This document shows positions 1 through 9,675 of a DNA stretch of 64,000 bases, one piece after another. A model generated the notes under the pieces. That model was not told the origin of the DNA. It did not search any database and was given only the letters and a program-made list of their open reading frames with translations. Numbering within the stretch: the first letter of the stretch is position 1; each line of letters starts with the position of its first letter. A program made the translations under genes and the position numbers. The DNA is from Nitrospirota bacterium. GTDB lineage: Bacteria > Nitrospirota > Thermodesulfovibrionia > Thermodesulfovibrionales > Dissulfurispiraceae. The stretch is taken from positions 1-64,000 of the forward strand of contig JBFLWF010000013.1 in the NCBI GenBank assembly GCA_040758355.1, written 5' to 3'.

Positions 1-60
1 AAGTTTTACTGCCTCCTGCCGAAATTCCTTCGTGTACCTTCCATACGGTAACCTTTCCAT
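1..60 (-). CDS. IS3-family transposase OrfA, N-terminus (partial)
   Basis: Manual translation MERLPYGRYTKEFRQEAVKL matches the RY(T/S)xEFK/RxEAV start of IS3 OrfA proteins. Confidence 0.8.
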   Translation of the reverse strand, partial: MERLPYGRYTKEFRQEAVKL

Positions 61-124
61 CTGAACACCTCCGTTAACTTATTTTACCTCAACTTTTGGT
101 GTCCACTTTTCTTATCCTACCTCA
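1..124 (-). mobile_element. Left end of IS3-family insertion sequence (continues beyond window start)
   Basis: Minus strand from 124 reads TGAGGTAGGATAAGAAAAGTGGACACC (TG-starting terminal repeat), then GGAGG RBS and an OrfA-like start. Confidence 0.8.
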
Positions 125-1005
125 ATGAGTATTTGTCCAATGGATGCCGTATCCGCATCGAGAAGCATGATTAAATCTACTATTACATTTCTGGTCAATA
201 ACTGGTTATAACAAGTTTCATATCTCGTCGCAAAGTATGCAAGTGGTTGGTCTATTTTCACGGTTGGCTGCTGCGGCCTGGGATTTGAATCATCTCTCGG
301 GTCAGGGATATAAATAGCCGGGATGCAGTTTTTGATGTTGAACGAATTAAAGTAATAACTTCCCAAATCATTCCATGTTTTTTTACTGCCAATAAAAACT
401 ATTTTCTTGTCAAAACTTGTAGGTATAAAATCAAAATCTTCATCAGGATTTAACGCTTTAAATAAGTCGAAATAACTTTCTATTCTTCTGCTTCGTGTCC
501 TGTCCGATATTTTGATGTAATCTTTTACTAATGATTCATAGGTAATATCTCTAATTGTTACAGGGGAATTAGCGGTCTCTTTTTTTGTTCTTGACTTTGG
601 TTTCTCTGTAAGAGTGAATGAATCACCATCTATGTTTTCTATAACAAATTCCCTCTCTTTCTCCTTCTCATGTTTTTTACGCCTTTTAAGTCTATCACCA
701 ATCTTGAAATCTGGATAATTCACAAATTTAACAAAACCATAATTTGTCAAGTTTATATAAAAACTGCAACACAAATCTGGCATTTTGTGGAATGATTCTG
801 GAATTTGAAAGATAATATTTTGGTTGTTCTCCAGCGATCTGAGAATAATCTTGGTGCAGAGATCAGTAAATTTTGATGAGTGGTTATTACTCTGGACAAC
901 CTTACAATCCTGATATACCTGTAGAAGTTTTTGATAATATTCTTTATTTATCCTGATTAAATCAGTGTTCATAACTAAGCAAATGATAAATACTTCTCCG
1001 CTCAC
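112..1005 (-). pseudogene. AT-rich hypothetical protein truncated by the IS3 insertion
   Basis: 297-aa ORF; last residues EVG and the stop codon lie inside the IS end (124-112). Confidence 0.6.
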
Positions 1006-1019
1006 TTACTTGCCAAAGA

Positions 1020-1162
1020 CTTAAAACATACTCCTGCTGATAAAGCAACGTATCCCCCGCTTCCATCCGCTCTGCATCAGTCTTTCAACCCCATTAGAAG
1101 GTTTCTTCTAACTGGTCAAGACCTTTAAATCCGTATCTGTTGCTTCGTTGACTTTAGGGCAT
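1020..1162 (-). pseudogene. Decayed N-terminal remnant, possibly restriction enzyme HsdR_N-like (copy B)
   Basis: Frameshifted MP-KVNEATDTDLKV...ERLMQSGWKRG-DTLLYQQEYVL; homologous to 2190-2290. Confidence 0.4.
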
Positions 1163-1170
1163 AATTCAAT

Positions 1171-1290
1171 CTATTCCCCTTGCAGTTTGCGTTCTATTTC
1201 GATAGCTTTCCGTTCTTTGATAAGCTCTGCTGCCAGTTCTTTTTCTGTCGGAAGATAAAGCTTATATCGTGAAGCGATAATGTGTACATA
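1171..1290 (-). pseudogene. C-terminal remnant of YhcG/DUF1016 family nuclease
   Basis: Manual translation IIASRYKLYLPTEKELAAELIKERKAIE resembles the conserved ASxYxLYLPTEEEL C-terminus. Confidence 0.65.
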
Positions 1291-1304
1291 TTAATTCTCC
1301 ACGT

Positions 1305-1520
1305 TTATCCAGCCTTTTTCTTTTCAGCGTGTTTTTTAGCTTTCTTGTAAATGTCTTCCACGCTCATGCCTTTAAAGAGATCGTCCTGAAGTTTCAGGTA
1401 ATCCCTTTTCTCATATGTAATCTGGGATAAAAACCGCATGGCATCTACCTCGCCAAGGCTTTTAAATAAAACGCTCAGTCCCTTTTTCCTTATCTCCATA
1501 TCGCTTGCCATCTGTGTCAT
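1305..1520 (-). CDS. Putative antitoxin partner of PIN toxin
   Basis: 71 aa, starts 1 nt after PIN gene stop; GLSVLFKSLGEVDAMRFL...DY pattern typical of small PIN partners. Confidence 0.65.
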   Translation of the reverse strand: MTQMASDMEIRKKGLSVLFKSLGEVDAMRFLSQITYEKRDYLKLQDDLFKGMSVEDIYKKAKKHAEKKKAG

Positions 1521-1521
1521 T

Positions 1522-1962
1522 TCAATTCACCTCCATATATTCAATAAACCTTAAAGGGTTTATTATCTTTATATTCATATTCAGAGAATATGCTCTTTTT
1601 GTTAGTTTATCATCACAAGTCAAAAAATACTCAGCCTTCCCTTTTAATGCACATGCAAGATGTATGGAATCTCTCGGCTTTATGCCCCTTGATTCAAGTT
1701 CCTTTGCAGCATTCAAAATAGTCTCATCAGGTGTTATGTTCTTAAATGCAAGGGAAGCAGCCATCTCAATTTCCTGCTTTACATCGGCATAAGGATTCAG
1801 GCTGTTTTCATACTCAAGCATAAATGACCATAAAAGTTTAAACTCTTTATTTTTGACTTTCTGGAAAATCGAAAATATCGCTATTGTCTCAAGCCTTATT
1901 CTAACCTGTGACTGATCGTCAAAAGGCCGGTTATAAATATTCATGTCAAGATAAATTCTCAT
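1522..1962 (-). CDS. PIN-domain (VapC-like) toxin
   Basis: IYLDMNIYNRPFDD, DSIHLACA and FLTCDD acidic PIN motifs. Confidence 0.85.
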   Translation of the reverse strand: MRIYLDMNIYNRPFDDQSQVRIRLETIAIFSIFQKVKNKEFKLLWSFMLEYENSLNPYADVKQEIEMAASLAFKNITPDETILNAAKELESRGIKPRDSIHLACALKGKAEYFLTCDDKLTKRAYSLNMNIKIINPLRFIEYMEVN

Positions 1963-2123
1963 TCAGCCTTCACCGAGTTCAAAAATTTCCGAATCTCGTT
2001 TTTTGCAACTCCTTGTTCAGTAAAGGCATAAGGCAAGTATTTTCTGTGTTGTCCTCTGCTTGTTTTTAAGGTCGCATTTTGCGACCTTAAAGAATCAAAT
2101 TCTTCAGGCGTGAGTTGAAACAT
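1959..2123 (-). pseudogene. ORF6N-domain fragment (54 aa)
   Basis: Manual translation MFQLTPEEFDSLRSQNATLKTSRGQHRKYLPYAFTEQGVA; lacks N-terminal half of domain; stop overlaps PIN start. Confidence 0.7.
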
Positions 2124-2142
2124 GCCGCCCCCTGTTGTATAT

Positions 2143-2192
2143 TAAGGATTGCTATAATTATAGATTATTTTTCAGAAAAATGTTTTCCTTCC
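2143..2192. repeat. 50-bp direct repeat, copy 1 (contains minus-strand TATAAT)
   Basis: 43/50 identical to 2713-2762. Confidence 0.85.
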
Positions 2193-2290
2193 AGCCAAGC
2201 TGCTGTAGCCTTTCAACCCGTTAGAAGGTTTCTTCTAACGGGGTCAATTATCTTTAAATCCATTGATGTTGCCTCGTTGGATTTTGGCAT
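2190..2290 (-). pseudogene. N-terminal remnant, possibly HsdR_N-like (copy A), interrupted by 31-nt palindromic insertion
   Basis: Removing the insertion gives MPKSNEATSMDLKIIERLQQLGWKE. Confidence 0.45.
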
Positions 2291-2292
2291 TT

Positions 2293-2481
2293 TTATTTTC
2301 CCTCAGCAATTCCAAGCTGTTTCATTATCAATTTACAAAGGCTGTCTTTGATTTCAGGATGTCGCGGAACAGGCGCTTTCCTGCCATTCTGGGGATTTAC
2401 AAAAATATCGTGATTTGAACCATGCCTTTTCAGATAACAGCCATTGTTTGCCAATGTCCTGATAAATTCCTGCCGCTTCAA
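2293..2481 (-). CDS. hicA: HicA family toxin
   Basis: 62 aa, RHGSNHDIF and VPRHPEI motifs. Confidence 0.85.
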   Translation of the reverse strand: MKRQEFIRTLANNGCYLKRHGSNHDIFVNPQNGRKAPVPRHPEIKDSLCKLIMKQLGIAEGK

Positions 2482-2681
2482 ACCATAACCTCTATATCTT
2501 TCTCCTGAGTTTTAACCCATAAAGGCTCCTCTTCCTCCATCATTAGCTTGTACGCCTCCCTGATATTCTTCTCAAGCTCTTCCAACGTTTCTCCCTGACT
2601 AAATACTCCGGGAATCTCTTTTAGTCTTCCTACATACCAACTGTCGTCAAGCCAATATTCAAGCGTAAAATGTCTTAACAT
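2478..2681 (-). CDS. hicB: HicB family antitoxin (short form)
   Basis: IPGVFSQGETLEELEKNIREA motif; overlaps hicA by 4 nt. Confidence 0.85.
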   Translation of the reverse strand: MLRHFTLEYWLDDSWYVGRLKEIPGVFSQGETLEELEKNIREAYKLMMEEEEPLWVKTQEKDIEVMV

Positions 2682-2712
2682 TTTTCAACACCTCCTCCCT
2701 CCTTGCTGCACA

Positions 2713-2762
2713 TAAGGATTACCATAATTATAGATTATTTTTCAGGGAAATGCTTCCCTCCC
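2713..2762. repeat. 50-bp direct repeat, copy 2
   Basis: 43/50 identical to 2143-2192; lies just upstream of hicB. Confidence 0.85.
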
Positions 2763-2818
2763 CGTAATCCTTGACCCATGGTAAGCTTTTGATATATCGT
2801 ATCCATCGGGGTCTTTAA

Positions 2819-4318
2819 ATGAAAAAATTTCTGAAAATCTTTTCATTCATAATCTGTCTGGCAGCTTTATTTTATTGGACAATCCCCACGCAATCCGATA
2901 CCGGCAATCCCCTCGAAAAGATCAAAAAGCGCGGTTATCTCCTCTGGGGCTCTGATGCAGAGGGCGGAGCACCTTATGCATTCCCTGACCCAAAAGACCC
3001 TTCAAGGCTTATAGGATTTGAAGTTGACCTGGCAGAGGCCATCGCAAGGGAACTCGGCGTCAAGGCAAGACAGTCACAGAATGCATGGGACAGCCTTATC
3101 CCTGCACTTAAAAGAGGAGATTTCGATATGGTCATGAACGGCATAGAGATAACTCCCCAGAGACAGGCAGAAGTCCTTTTTTCTCTACCCTATTACATCT
3201 ATACCGAACAGCTTGTTGTCAGGAAAGAAGAGACAAAGATAAAAGACATCAATGACCTCAAAGGCAAAAAAATCGGAACCCTTTCAGGTGCAGTTGCACA
3301 GGATATTCTCACAAATTTAGGCGGTGTGGATGTAAGAGTTTATTCAGGACAGGTGGAGCCTTATGAAGACCTTGCACTTGGCCGTCTCGATGCAGTGCTC
3401 TTAGACCTTCCAATTGCAGCCTATTATGCTAAGCCAAACCCTAAGCTTAAATATACAGGCAATCCTGTTGGAGAGGGATTTTATGGAATAGCCATAAGAA
3501 AAGACGATGATGAATTAAAAAAGAAGATAGATGAAATCCTTATAAAACTCCTGAAAAGCGGCGAGCTTAAAAAAATATATGAGAAATGGGATTTGTGGAA
3601 CGAGACGCAGGAAAAACTCTTTCTGGCGGCAAAGGAATCAAGAGATTATGTAACCCTCGAGGAAACAAAAAAAGCCCCCATATATACATTCTTTCCAAAT
3701 CTCTTAAGGGGTGCAGGCATAACAATCCTTATCTCTTTTTCATCCATGGCACTTGCCATTGTTCTTGGCCTCATAATTACAATCCTCAGACTATATGGAA
3801 GACCTCCTTTAAGCACAGCGGCCACCGCATATATAGAAATTTACAGGGGGACCCCGCTTCTTATTCAGCTCTACATCCTTTATTACGGTCTTCCGAATAT
3901 AGGCATATCATTGAGCCCTCTGTTTGCTGCATTCATAGGCCTCGGAATGAATTATGCCGCATACGAATCAGAGCTTTACAGGGCAGGGATAAACGCTGTG
4001 CCAAAGGGACAGATGGAGGCTGCCCTTTCCCTCGGCATGACGCAATCCCTTGCAATAAAGCGAATTATAATGCCGCAGGCAGTGAGGGTAGCCCTTCCGG
4101 GAGTTACAAATGACTTCATTGCTCTTTTCAAAGACTCATCCCTTGTGTCTGTAATTGCCATGGTTGAGCTCACAAAGACATACAGCATTCTTGCTGCAAC
4201 CACATTAAGATTCTTCGAGCTTGGACTTATTGTTGCCTTCTTATACTTTGTTATGAGTTATCCATTATCTCTACTTGCAAGGAAATTGGAAGAAAGGCTG
4301 AAAGGACCCATGCGATGA
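2819..4318 (+). CDS. Polar amino acid ABC transporter, fused substrate-binding protein and permease
   Basis: Signal peptide, SBP family 3 (GFEVDLA), then RGTPLLIQL and [11 protein letters not shown] permease motifs. Confidence 0.92.
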   Translation: MKKFLKIFSFIICLAALFYWTIPTQSDTGNPLEKIKKRGYLLWGSDAEGGAPYAFPDPKDPSRLIGFEVDLAEAIARELGVKARQSQNAWDSLIPALKRGDFDMVMNGIEITPQRQAEVLFSLPYYIYTEQLVVRKEETKIKDINDLKGKKIGTLSGAVAQDILTNLGGVDVRVYSGQVEPYEDLALGRLDAVLLDLPIAAYYAKPNPKLKYTGNPVGEGFYGIAIRKDDDELKKKIDEILIKLLKSGELKKIYEKWDLWNETQEKLFLAAKESRDYVTLEETKKAPIYTFFPNLLRGAGITILISFSSMALAIVLGLIITILRLYGRPPLSTAATAYIEIYRGTPLLIQLYILYYGLPNIGISLSPLFAAFIGLGMNYAAYESELYRAGINAVPKGQMEAALSLGMTQSLAIKRIIMPQAVRVALPGVTNDFIALFKDSSLVSVIAMVELTKTYSILAATTLRFFELGLIVAFLYFVMSYPLSLLARKLEERLKGPMR

Positions 4319-5085
4319 TAAACACGATGATAGAGGTAAAAAACCTTCATAAATATTATGGAGAACATCATCTCTTTAAGGGCATTAACCTGAATATCCA
4401 GAAAGGCGAGGTAGTTGTATTTATCGGCCCTTCGGGAAGCGGCAAGAGTACATTTTTGAGATGCATAAACGGACTCGAATATTTTCAAGAAGGCGAGATA
4501 GCTGTAAATGATATTGAACTGCATTCCATAAACAGATTAAGACCAAGTAAAGAGGATATGGAAACTATAAGGAAAATCAGGCTCAAGGTGGGAATGGTGT
4601 TTCAGCAATTCAATCTGTTTCCTCATATGACGGTCATGGAAAATATTATCGAAGCTCCGACAAGGGTGCTCAGCATGGATAAGGATAAGGCAGTGGAAAA
4701 TGCCTTATCACTTCTAAGAAGAATAAACATCGAGAAAAAGGCAAATTCCTATCCCGATGAACTTTCTGGTGGAGAGCAGCAGAGGGTGGCAATAGCAAGG
4801 GCACTTGCCATGAAGCCTGAGGCAATGCTCTTTGACGAACCGACATCATCCCTTGATCCGGAGATGGTTGGGGAGGTGCTTTCAGTTATAAAAGACCTTG
4901 TAGAAGAGGGAATGACAACTCTGATAGCTACACACGAGATGGGTTTTGCGAGGGAGGTTGCAGACAGGGTGGTTGTATTTGACAAAGGGGATATAATAGA
5001 AATAGGCACTCCCGAAGATATATTCACAAATCCAAAAATGGAAAGGACAAGGATATTTTTGAGCAGGGTTTTGAGGAATGTATAA
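4315..5085 (+). CDS. Polar amino acid ABC transporter ATP-binding protein (GlnQ-like)
   Basis: [28 protein letters not shown]. Confidence 0.93.
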   Translation: MINTMIEVKNLHKYYGEHHLFKGINLNIQKGEVVVFIGPSGSGKSTFLRCINGLEYFQEGEIAVNDIELHSINRLRPSKEDMETIRKIRLKVGMVFQQFNLFPHMTVMENIIEAPTRVLSMDKDKAVENALSLLRRINIEKKANSYPDELSGGEQQRVAIARALAMKPEAMLFDEPTSSLDPEMVGEVLSVIKDLVEEGMTTLIATHEMGFAREVADRVVVFDKGDIIEIGTPEDIFTNPKMERTRIFLSRVLRNV

Positions 5086-6382
5086 CTTAGTAAGCTTTAT
5101 AGGCATATTTATTCTCATGGCGTTTGCATGGGCTATCTCTGCAAACAGAAAGGTAATCAACTGGCGCGTCATCCTCTGGGGAACGGCGCTTCAGCTTATA
5201 TTCGCCCTCTTTATATTCGTGGTGCCGGCAGGCTCTAAAATATTTCTTATCGTAAACGATGCTGTCGTAAAAATCCTTGACAGTGCATCCGCAGGCACAA
5301 GGTTTCTCTTCGGCAGGCTTGCCCTTCCTCCCGGAACAAGGGGCGAGGCTGGAGAGGAGTCATTGGGTTTCTTCCTCGCATTTCAGGCATTGCCTACAAT
5401 CATATTCTTTGCGAGCATAATGGCAGCCCTTTACTACATCGGCGTGATGCCAAAACTCATAAAGGCATTCTCAAAGGTCTTCACAAAGCTAATGAGGATA
5501 AGCGGCGCAGAGTCATTGAGCGTATCCAGCAATATCTTTGTTGGTGTAGAAGCGAATATGACGGTGCTTCCATACCTGAACACCATGACGAGTTCGGAAT
5601 TATGCACTATCCTTGCAGCAGGCATGTCCACAACGGCATCAAATGTCCTTGCCCTTTATGTCTTCCTGCTTCATGGTCAGTTTCCAACAATAGCAGGCCA
5701 TCTCGTATCCGCATCCATACTTTCAGCAACAGCAGCCATAGTAATGTCAAAGATTATCATGCCCGAGACAGATAAGCCTGAGACATTGGGAATGGACATA
5801 GCGCCCCATTACGAAAAAGAGTCCTCCATTATGGAGGCAATCATAAACGGTGCAAATGAAGGCGTCAGAATGGTTGTAGGCATAGTAGCCCTCCTTCTGG
5901 CATTCCTGGGCATCGTAGCCCTTATGGACTATATTCTTACAGGTGCAGGAATGAAGTTTAACAATCTCGTTGGAGTCCAGATTGACTGGTCGTTGAAGGG
6001 GCTTTTAGGCTATCTCTTCTATCCCTTTGCCCTTGTAATAGGCGTGCCTCCGTCAGACGCCTTTGAGATAGCAAGGCTCATAGGAGAAAGGGCTGTGCTT
6101 ACAGAAGTTAAGGCGTATCAGGACCTTGCAGTGCTTCTTTCTTCAAATGCACTTAAAGATCCCCGCTCGGCAGTCCTTGCTGCTTATGCGCTCTGCGGTT
6201 TTGCCCATGTAGCCTCACTCGCAATATTCGTAGGAGGCACTGCTGCTCTCATTCCCAGGAGGACAAAAGACCTCTCTGATATAGGCTTCAGGGCGCTTAT
6301 CGCTGCAACCCTGGCCACCCTCATGACAGCAGCAGTTGCAGGGACATTCTTCATTGAAGGCTCTATACTGCTTGGCAAGTGA
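5078..6382 (+). CDS. Concentrative Na+/nucleoside transporter (CNT/NupC family)
   Basis: [21 protein letters not shown] and YALCGFAH motifs; highly hydrophobic. Confidence 0.9.
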   Translation: MYNLVSFIGIFILMAFAWAISANRKVINWRVILWGTALQLIFALFIFVVPAGSKIFLIVNDAVVKILDSASAGTRFLFGRLALPPGTRGEAGEESLGFFLAFQALPTIIFFASIMAALYYIGVMPKLIKAFSKVFTKLMRISGAESLSVSSNIFVGVEANMTVLPYLNTMTSSELCTILAAGMSTTASNVLALYVFLLHGQFPTIAGHLVSASILSATAAIVMSKIIMPETDKPETLGMDIAPHYEKESSIMEAIINGANEGVRMVVGIVALLLAFLGIVALMDYILTGAGMKFNNLVGVQIDWSLKGLLGYLFYPFALVIGVPPSDAFEIARLIGERAVLTEVKAYQDLAVLLSSNALKDPRSAVLAAYALCGFAHVASLAIFVGGTAALIPRRTKDLSDIGFRALIAATLATLMTAAVAGTFFIEGSILLGK

Positions 6383-6716
6383 GTGCTGACTGCGGCTTTA
6401 TTGATTTGTCATTAAGCGACAGATAAAGGCCCAGATGCCCGCTTTGTGTAAAATCAAAAAACAATGCCTCACGGGAGAGGACAGAGACCGTATACGATAG
6501 GTCTTTTAGTTTCTCCATGACCCCTTCGAATGTCCTTTCTTCTATATCATAAAGCTCGAGAATATCTATAATGTCATCTATATCCCCGGTATTGTAGCAC
6601 TCAAGCAGAATGATGTCCTTATATGTACAGGTTCCATCCTTTGTCCTCTGCCTTGCATTATTTATCTGGTGTCTGAGCCTTTCAAGACAGAGTCCGTATA
6701 TCTTTGCTTCCAGCAT
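6363..6716 (-). CDS. Hypothetical protein (117 aa, acidic)
   Basis: GGAGG RBS upstream of ATG; downstream of a sigma54 promoter. Confidence 0.65.
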   Translation of the reverse strand: MLEAKIYGLCLERLRHQINNARQRTKDGTCTYKDIILLECYNTGDIDDIIDILELYDIEERTFEGVMEKLKDLSYTVSVLSREALFFDFTQSGHLGLYLSLNDKSIKPQSALTCQAV

Positions 6717-6744
6717 GCGCCATCCTCCATTAGTTTTTTTCTGT

Positions 6745-7059
6745 AATCCAACGATAAGGATAAGTCTCTTTCGTTCAGGAGCTCTGTTTTGACAGTTCTA
6801 ATGCTTCTTCCGCTACAGCCGCAAAACTCGCTTCGCTCAGACACTTGCGGCTGTCAGGCAATGGTATGGTCTTGGAGCGACTTGGACAGCCCAAGCGTGG
6901 CATGGATGCCTAAGCGGGCTGTCTTTGCTTCGGAGAATGGCTGGATGCCATTCGAGAATGAAGCGGAAAGATTATACCATTGCCTGACGCTCCATTTCGC
7001 AAAGAACTGTTACCAAAACATCGCTATTCACTTCAGAGACCCATCCTTATCGCTGGATT
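6745..7059. mobile_element. MITE-like repeat, copy 1 (315 bp)
   Basis: Terminal IRs AATCCAACGATAAGGAT / ATCCTTATCGCTGGATT; homologous copies at 9226-9414 and 21988-22299. Confidence 0.85.
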
Positions 7060-7077
7060 TGGGTTTTTATTTGATAA

Positions 7078-7093
7078 AGCAATCAGCATGCCA
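7078..7093 (-). promoter_or_regulatory. Sigma54 -24/-12 promoter
   Basis: Minus strand TGGCATG-CTGA-TTGCT (GG-N10-GC), divergent from a sigma54 activator gene. Confidence 0.75.
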
Positions 7094-7191
7094 AACTTAA
7101 TGTCTTGAAAGAAGCCATCTTAAGGCATGGGAATAATCCTGTTTGATTAATTTATAATCACCTTGTATAATATTTATATAGGAGTCGCAAT

Positions 7192-8535
7192 ATGAAAAAG
7201 ATAGTCCTGCTTACAAAGGATAATTCATTAAAAAAAGAGTTGTCGGACATTCTACCCGCTGGTTTTAAGCTCTCTGTCAGCACATCTATCGATAGAGATG
7301 CCTTTGTATTTTTTGACCTCGATACAATGAGACCGGGCGCCATAAAAGAGCTTCGTGATACAGCCCTCATAATCGCCGTTACACGGCAGAAAATAACAGG
7401 GCCTGTAATGGAGGCTGTAACATTTGGCGCCTATGATGTGATGCATCGCCCTTTGAGTAAAAATGCAGTCCTTCAGGCACTTCAGGAACTGGAAGACCTT
7501 GGCAGTGAAATAAAACATATCATCCCTGTTACAAGCCTTCCACCCACACCGACCTGTGCAATAGTGGGACATTCCTCCATCATTATGGATGTATGCAAAA
7601 AAATATCCAGATTGGCGCAGGTGGATACCCCTGTTCTTGTTACAGGAGAGACGGGAACTGGAAAAGAGCTTGTTGCCGAGGCCGTTGCACAGCTCTCCTC
7701 AAGATTTGGCAAACCCTTTGTGGTAGTTAATTGTGCTGCTGTTCCGGAAACCCTCCTCGAATCAGAATTGTTCGGATTTGAGAAAGGCTCCTTTACAGGT
7801 GCAGTTTCTGCAAAAGAGGGAATCCTCAAGATCGCAGATGAAGGATGTGTATTTCTCGATGAGGTAGGAGAGCTGCCTTTATCGCTGCAGGCCAAACTTC
7901 TGCGCTTTTTACAAACACAGACATTCTATCCCCTGGGCAGCACAAAAGAAATTCAGGTCAATGTGCGGGTCATCTCTGCAACGAATAGAGATCTGTCAGT
8001 TATGGTTAAGGAAGGAAAATTCAGGGAGGATTTATACCATCGATTGAGTGTTACAAAAATACATATACCACCTCTGAGAGAACGCAATGAGGACATCCCT
8101 CCCCTGCTGCATTTTTTCATCAATAGATACAGACACACAGCGCCAAGGCCACTTAAAGGCTTTACCAGGGCATTTTTAAAAAAACTGACTTCCTATGACT
8201 GGCCGGGGAATATACGTGAACTTGAAAATACTGTCCGCTCTGCCATTGCCCTGAGCAAAACAAATTATCTTACAACATATGAACTCAAAGAACTGGGAAG
8301 ATACCCTTCAATGCCTGATAAAACTGCTTTTTCAGAACCCCTTGCATCCATTTTAATACCTTTCATGAAAGAGGCATTAGAGAGAAAGGATAAAAATCTT
8401 TACGAAAAAATCCATAATGAAGTGGATAAGTCCATTTTTGATTATATTCTTTCCTACACAAAGGAAAATCAATCAGAGGCAGCGCGTATCCTTGGAATAA
8501 ACCGCTTAACACTGAGAAAAAAACTGAAATATTAA
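7192..8535 (+). CDS. Sigma54-dependent Fis-family activator (NtrC-like) with degenerate receiver
   Basis: GETGTGKE, ESELFG, GSFTGA, FLDEVGE, WPGNIREL, C-terminal NQSEAARILGINRLTLRKKL HTH. Confidence 0.92.
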   Translation: MKKIVLLTKDNSLKKELSDILPAGFKLSVSTSIDRDAFVFFDLDTMRPGAIKELRDTALIIAVTRQKITGPVMEAVTFGAYDVMHRPLSKNAVLQALQELEDLGSEIKHIIPVTSLPPTPTCAIVGHSSIIMDVCKKISRLAQVDTPVLVTGETGTGKELVAEAVAQLSSRFGKPFVVVNCAAVPETLLESELFGFEKGSFTGAVSAKEGILKIADEGCVFLDEVGELPLSLQAKLLRFLQTQTFYPLGSTKEIQVNVRVISATNRDLSVMVKEGKFREDLYHRLSVTKIHIPPLRERNEDIPPLLHFFINRYRHTAPRPLKGFTRAFLKKLTSYDWPGNIRELENTVRSAIALSKTNYLTTYELKELGRYPSMPDKTAFSEPLASILIPFMKEALERKDKNLYEKIHNEVDKSIFDYILSYTKENQSEAARILGINRLTLRKKLKY

Positions 8536-9185
8536 GTTTTCCCCTTCTTCAGCATCACATATATAGCCCCAAGCCCTCCATCGCACTGCCTTGCAGTCAC
8601 AAAAGCTATAACATGCTTTCTATAGCGGCCTGCGAGCCATTGGGCTATGGCATCCTTTAACACAGGGCCTTTTGGAGAGCGGAGTCCTCTGCCGTGGATA
8701 ATCTTTACACATCTAAAGCCCTTCTTTAATGAGCCTTTGATAAAATTCTCAACCTCCACTTCAGCATCTTCAACTGTAAAGCCATGCAAATCGAGAAAGT
8801 CCTGAACGGAAAATCTGCCTTCGTGGAGTTTCCTGACTATCTCTGCGCTATAATCCGGATTAATCCATTCCACATATTCCTGCGTATCCGAAAGTGCAAT
8901 TGGTTTCTTTCCGTTTGCGATCTCGGCAAGCATGCGCAAGGCCCTTAATTCCTGCTTCTCGGCACGTGGCAAAACAGGCTTTTTCCTGCGGATCGGGATA
9001 TCCCTGAATTCTTTAACTTCCTTAACATCCTTCATGGCTGTGGCGAACAGTTCCTCGTCAGAGATGTCCTGTTTCTTGTGCACAGGTCTCCCAGACGGGA
9101 CAAAACCTTTTACTGACATAAGTTCTTTCAGTCTTTCGAAAGGATGATATGCGACTGTTTCCGGCATGTCTCTTTTTGCACCCAC
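8532..9185 (-). CDS. Smr/MutS2-domain protein
   Basis: LDLHG, IIHGRG and GGLGAIYV motifs. Confidence 0.88.
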   Translation of the reverse strand: MGAKRDMPETVAYHPFERLKELMSVKGFVPSGRPVHKKQDISDEELFATAMKDVKEVKEFRDIPIRRKKPVLPRAEKQELRALRMLAEIANGKKPIALSDTQEYVEWINPDYSAEIVRKLHEGRFSVQDFLDLHGFTVEDAEVEVENFIKGSLKKGFRCVKIIHGRGLRSPKGPVLKDAIAQWLAGRYRKHVIAFVTARQCDGGLGAIYVMLKKGKT

Positions 9186-9225
9186 AAAATCACCTTCACA
9201 ACGGGTATATTTTAATTATAAACCA

Positions 9226-9414
9226 AATCCAGCGATAAGGATGGGTTTCTGAAGTGAATAGCGATGTTTTGGTAACAGTTCTTTGTGACTGGAGCGTTAA
9301 ACAGCCGCAAGTGTTTGAACCCGAAGGGTGAGTTTTGCGGCTGTAGCGAAAGGAGCATTAGAACTGTCAAAACAGAGCTTCTGAACGAAAGAGACTTATC
9401 CTTATCGCTGGATC
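9226..9414. mobile_element. MITE-like repeat, copy 2 (189 bp, inverted relative to copy 1, lacks inner module)
   Basis: IRs ATCCAGCGATAAGGAT / ATCCTTATCGCTGGAT; internal homology to copy 1. Confidence 0.85.
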
Positions 9415-9517
9415 ACGGAATAGACTAACTCAGGGTAAATTATTTATGGATACTTCAAATACGTTCAAAAAAGTGATATATTTAAAAATATAAATTGATA
9501 GAGGAGGTGATTATCTG

Positions 9518-9607
9518 ATGGCATGTAAGTCAAAGGGCCCATGCGGCACCGCCAAAAAGGCAACTGCGAAAAAGACAACCGCAAAAAAGACAGCAAAGAA
9601 AAAGTAG
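9518..9607 (+). CDS. 29-aa Cys/Lys-rich microprotein (histone H1-like repeats)
   Basis: MACKSKGPCGTAKKATAKKTTAKKTAKKK; AGGAGGTGA RBS upstream and terminator downstream. Confidence 0.8.
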   Translation: MACKSKGPCGTAKKATAKKTTAKKTAKKK

Positions 9608-9618
9608 AAATCCTCTGC

Positions 9619-9675
9619 AAAAAATCTCCCTCTCAGGTCATATCCGTTTTGTGGTCTGAGAGGGAGATTTTTTTA
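9619..9675. terminator. Bidirectional intrinsic terminator
   Basis: AAAAAATCTCCCTCTCAG ... CTGAGAGGGAGATTTTTTT between convergent genes. Confidence 0.85.

Noticed and set aside
6789..7100. 103-aa ORF and its 88-aa twin at 21990-22256 (also 6662-6844)
   Set aside because: Translations of the MITE-like repeat; TTG starts without RBS, different ends, and the frame is not kept in copy 2.
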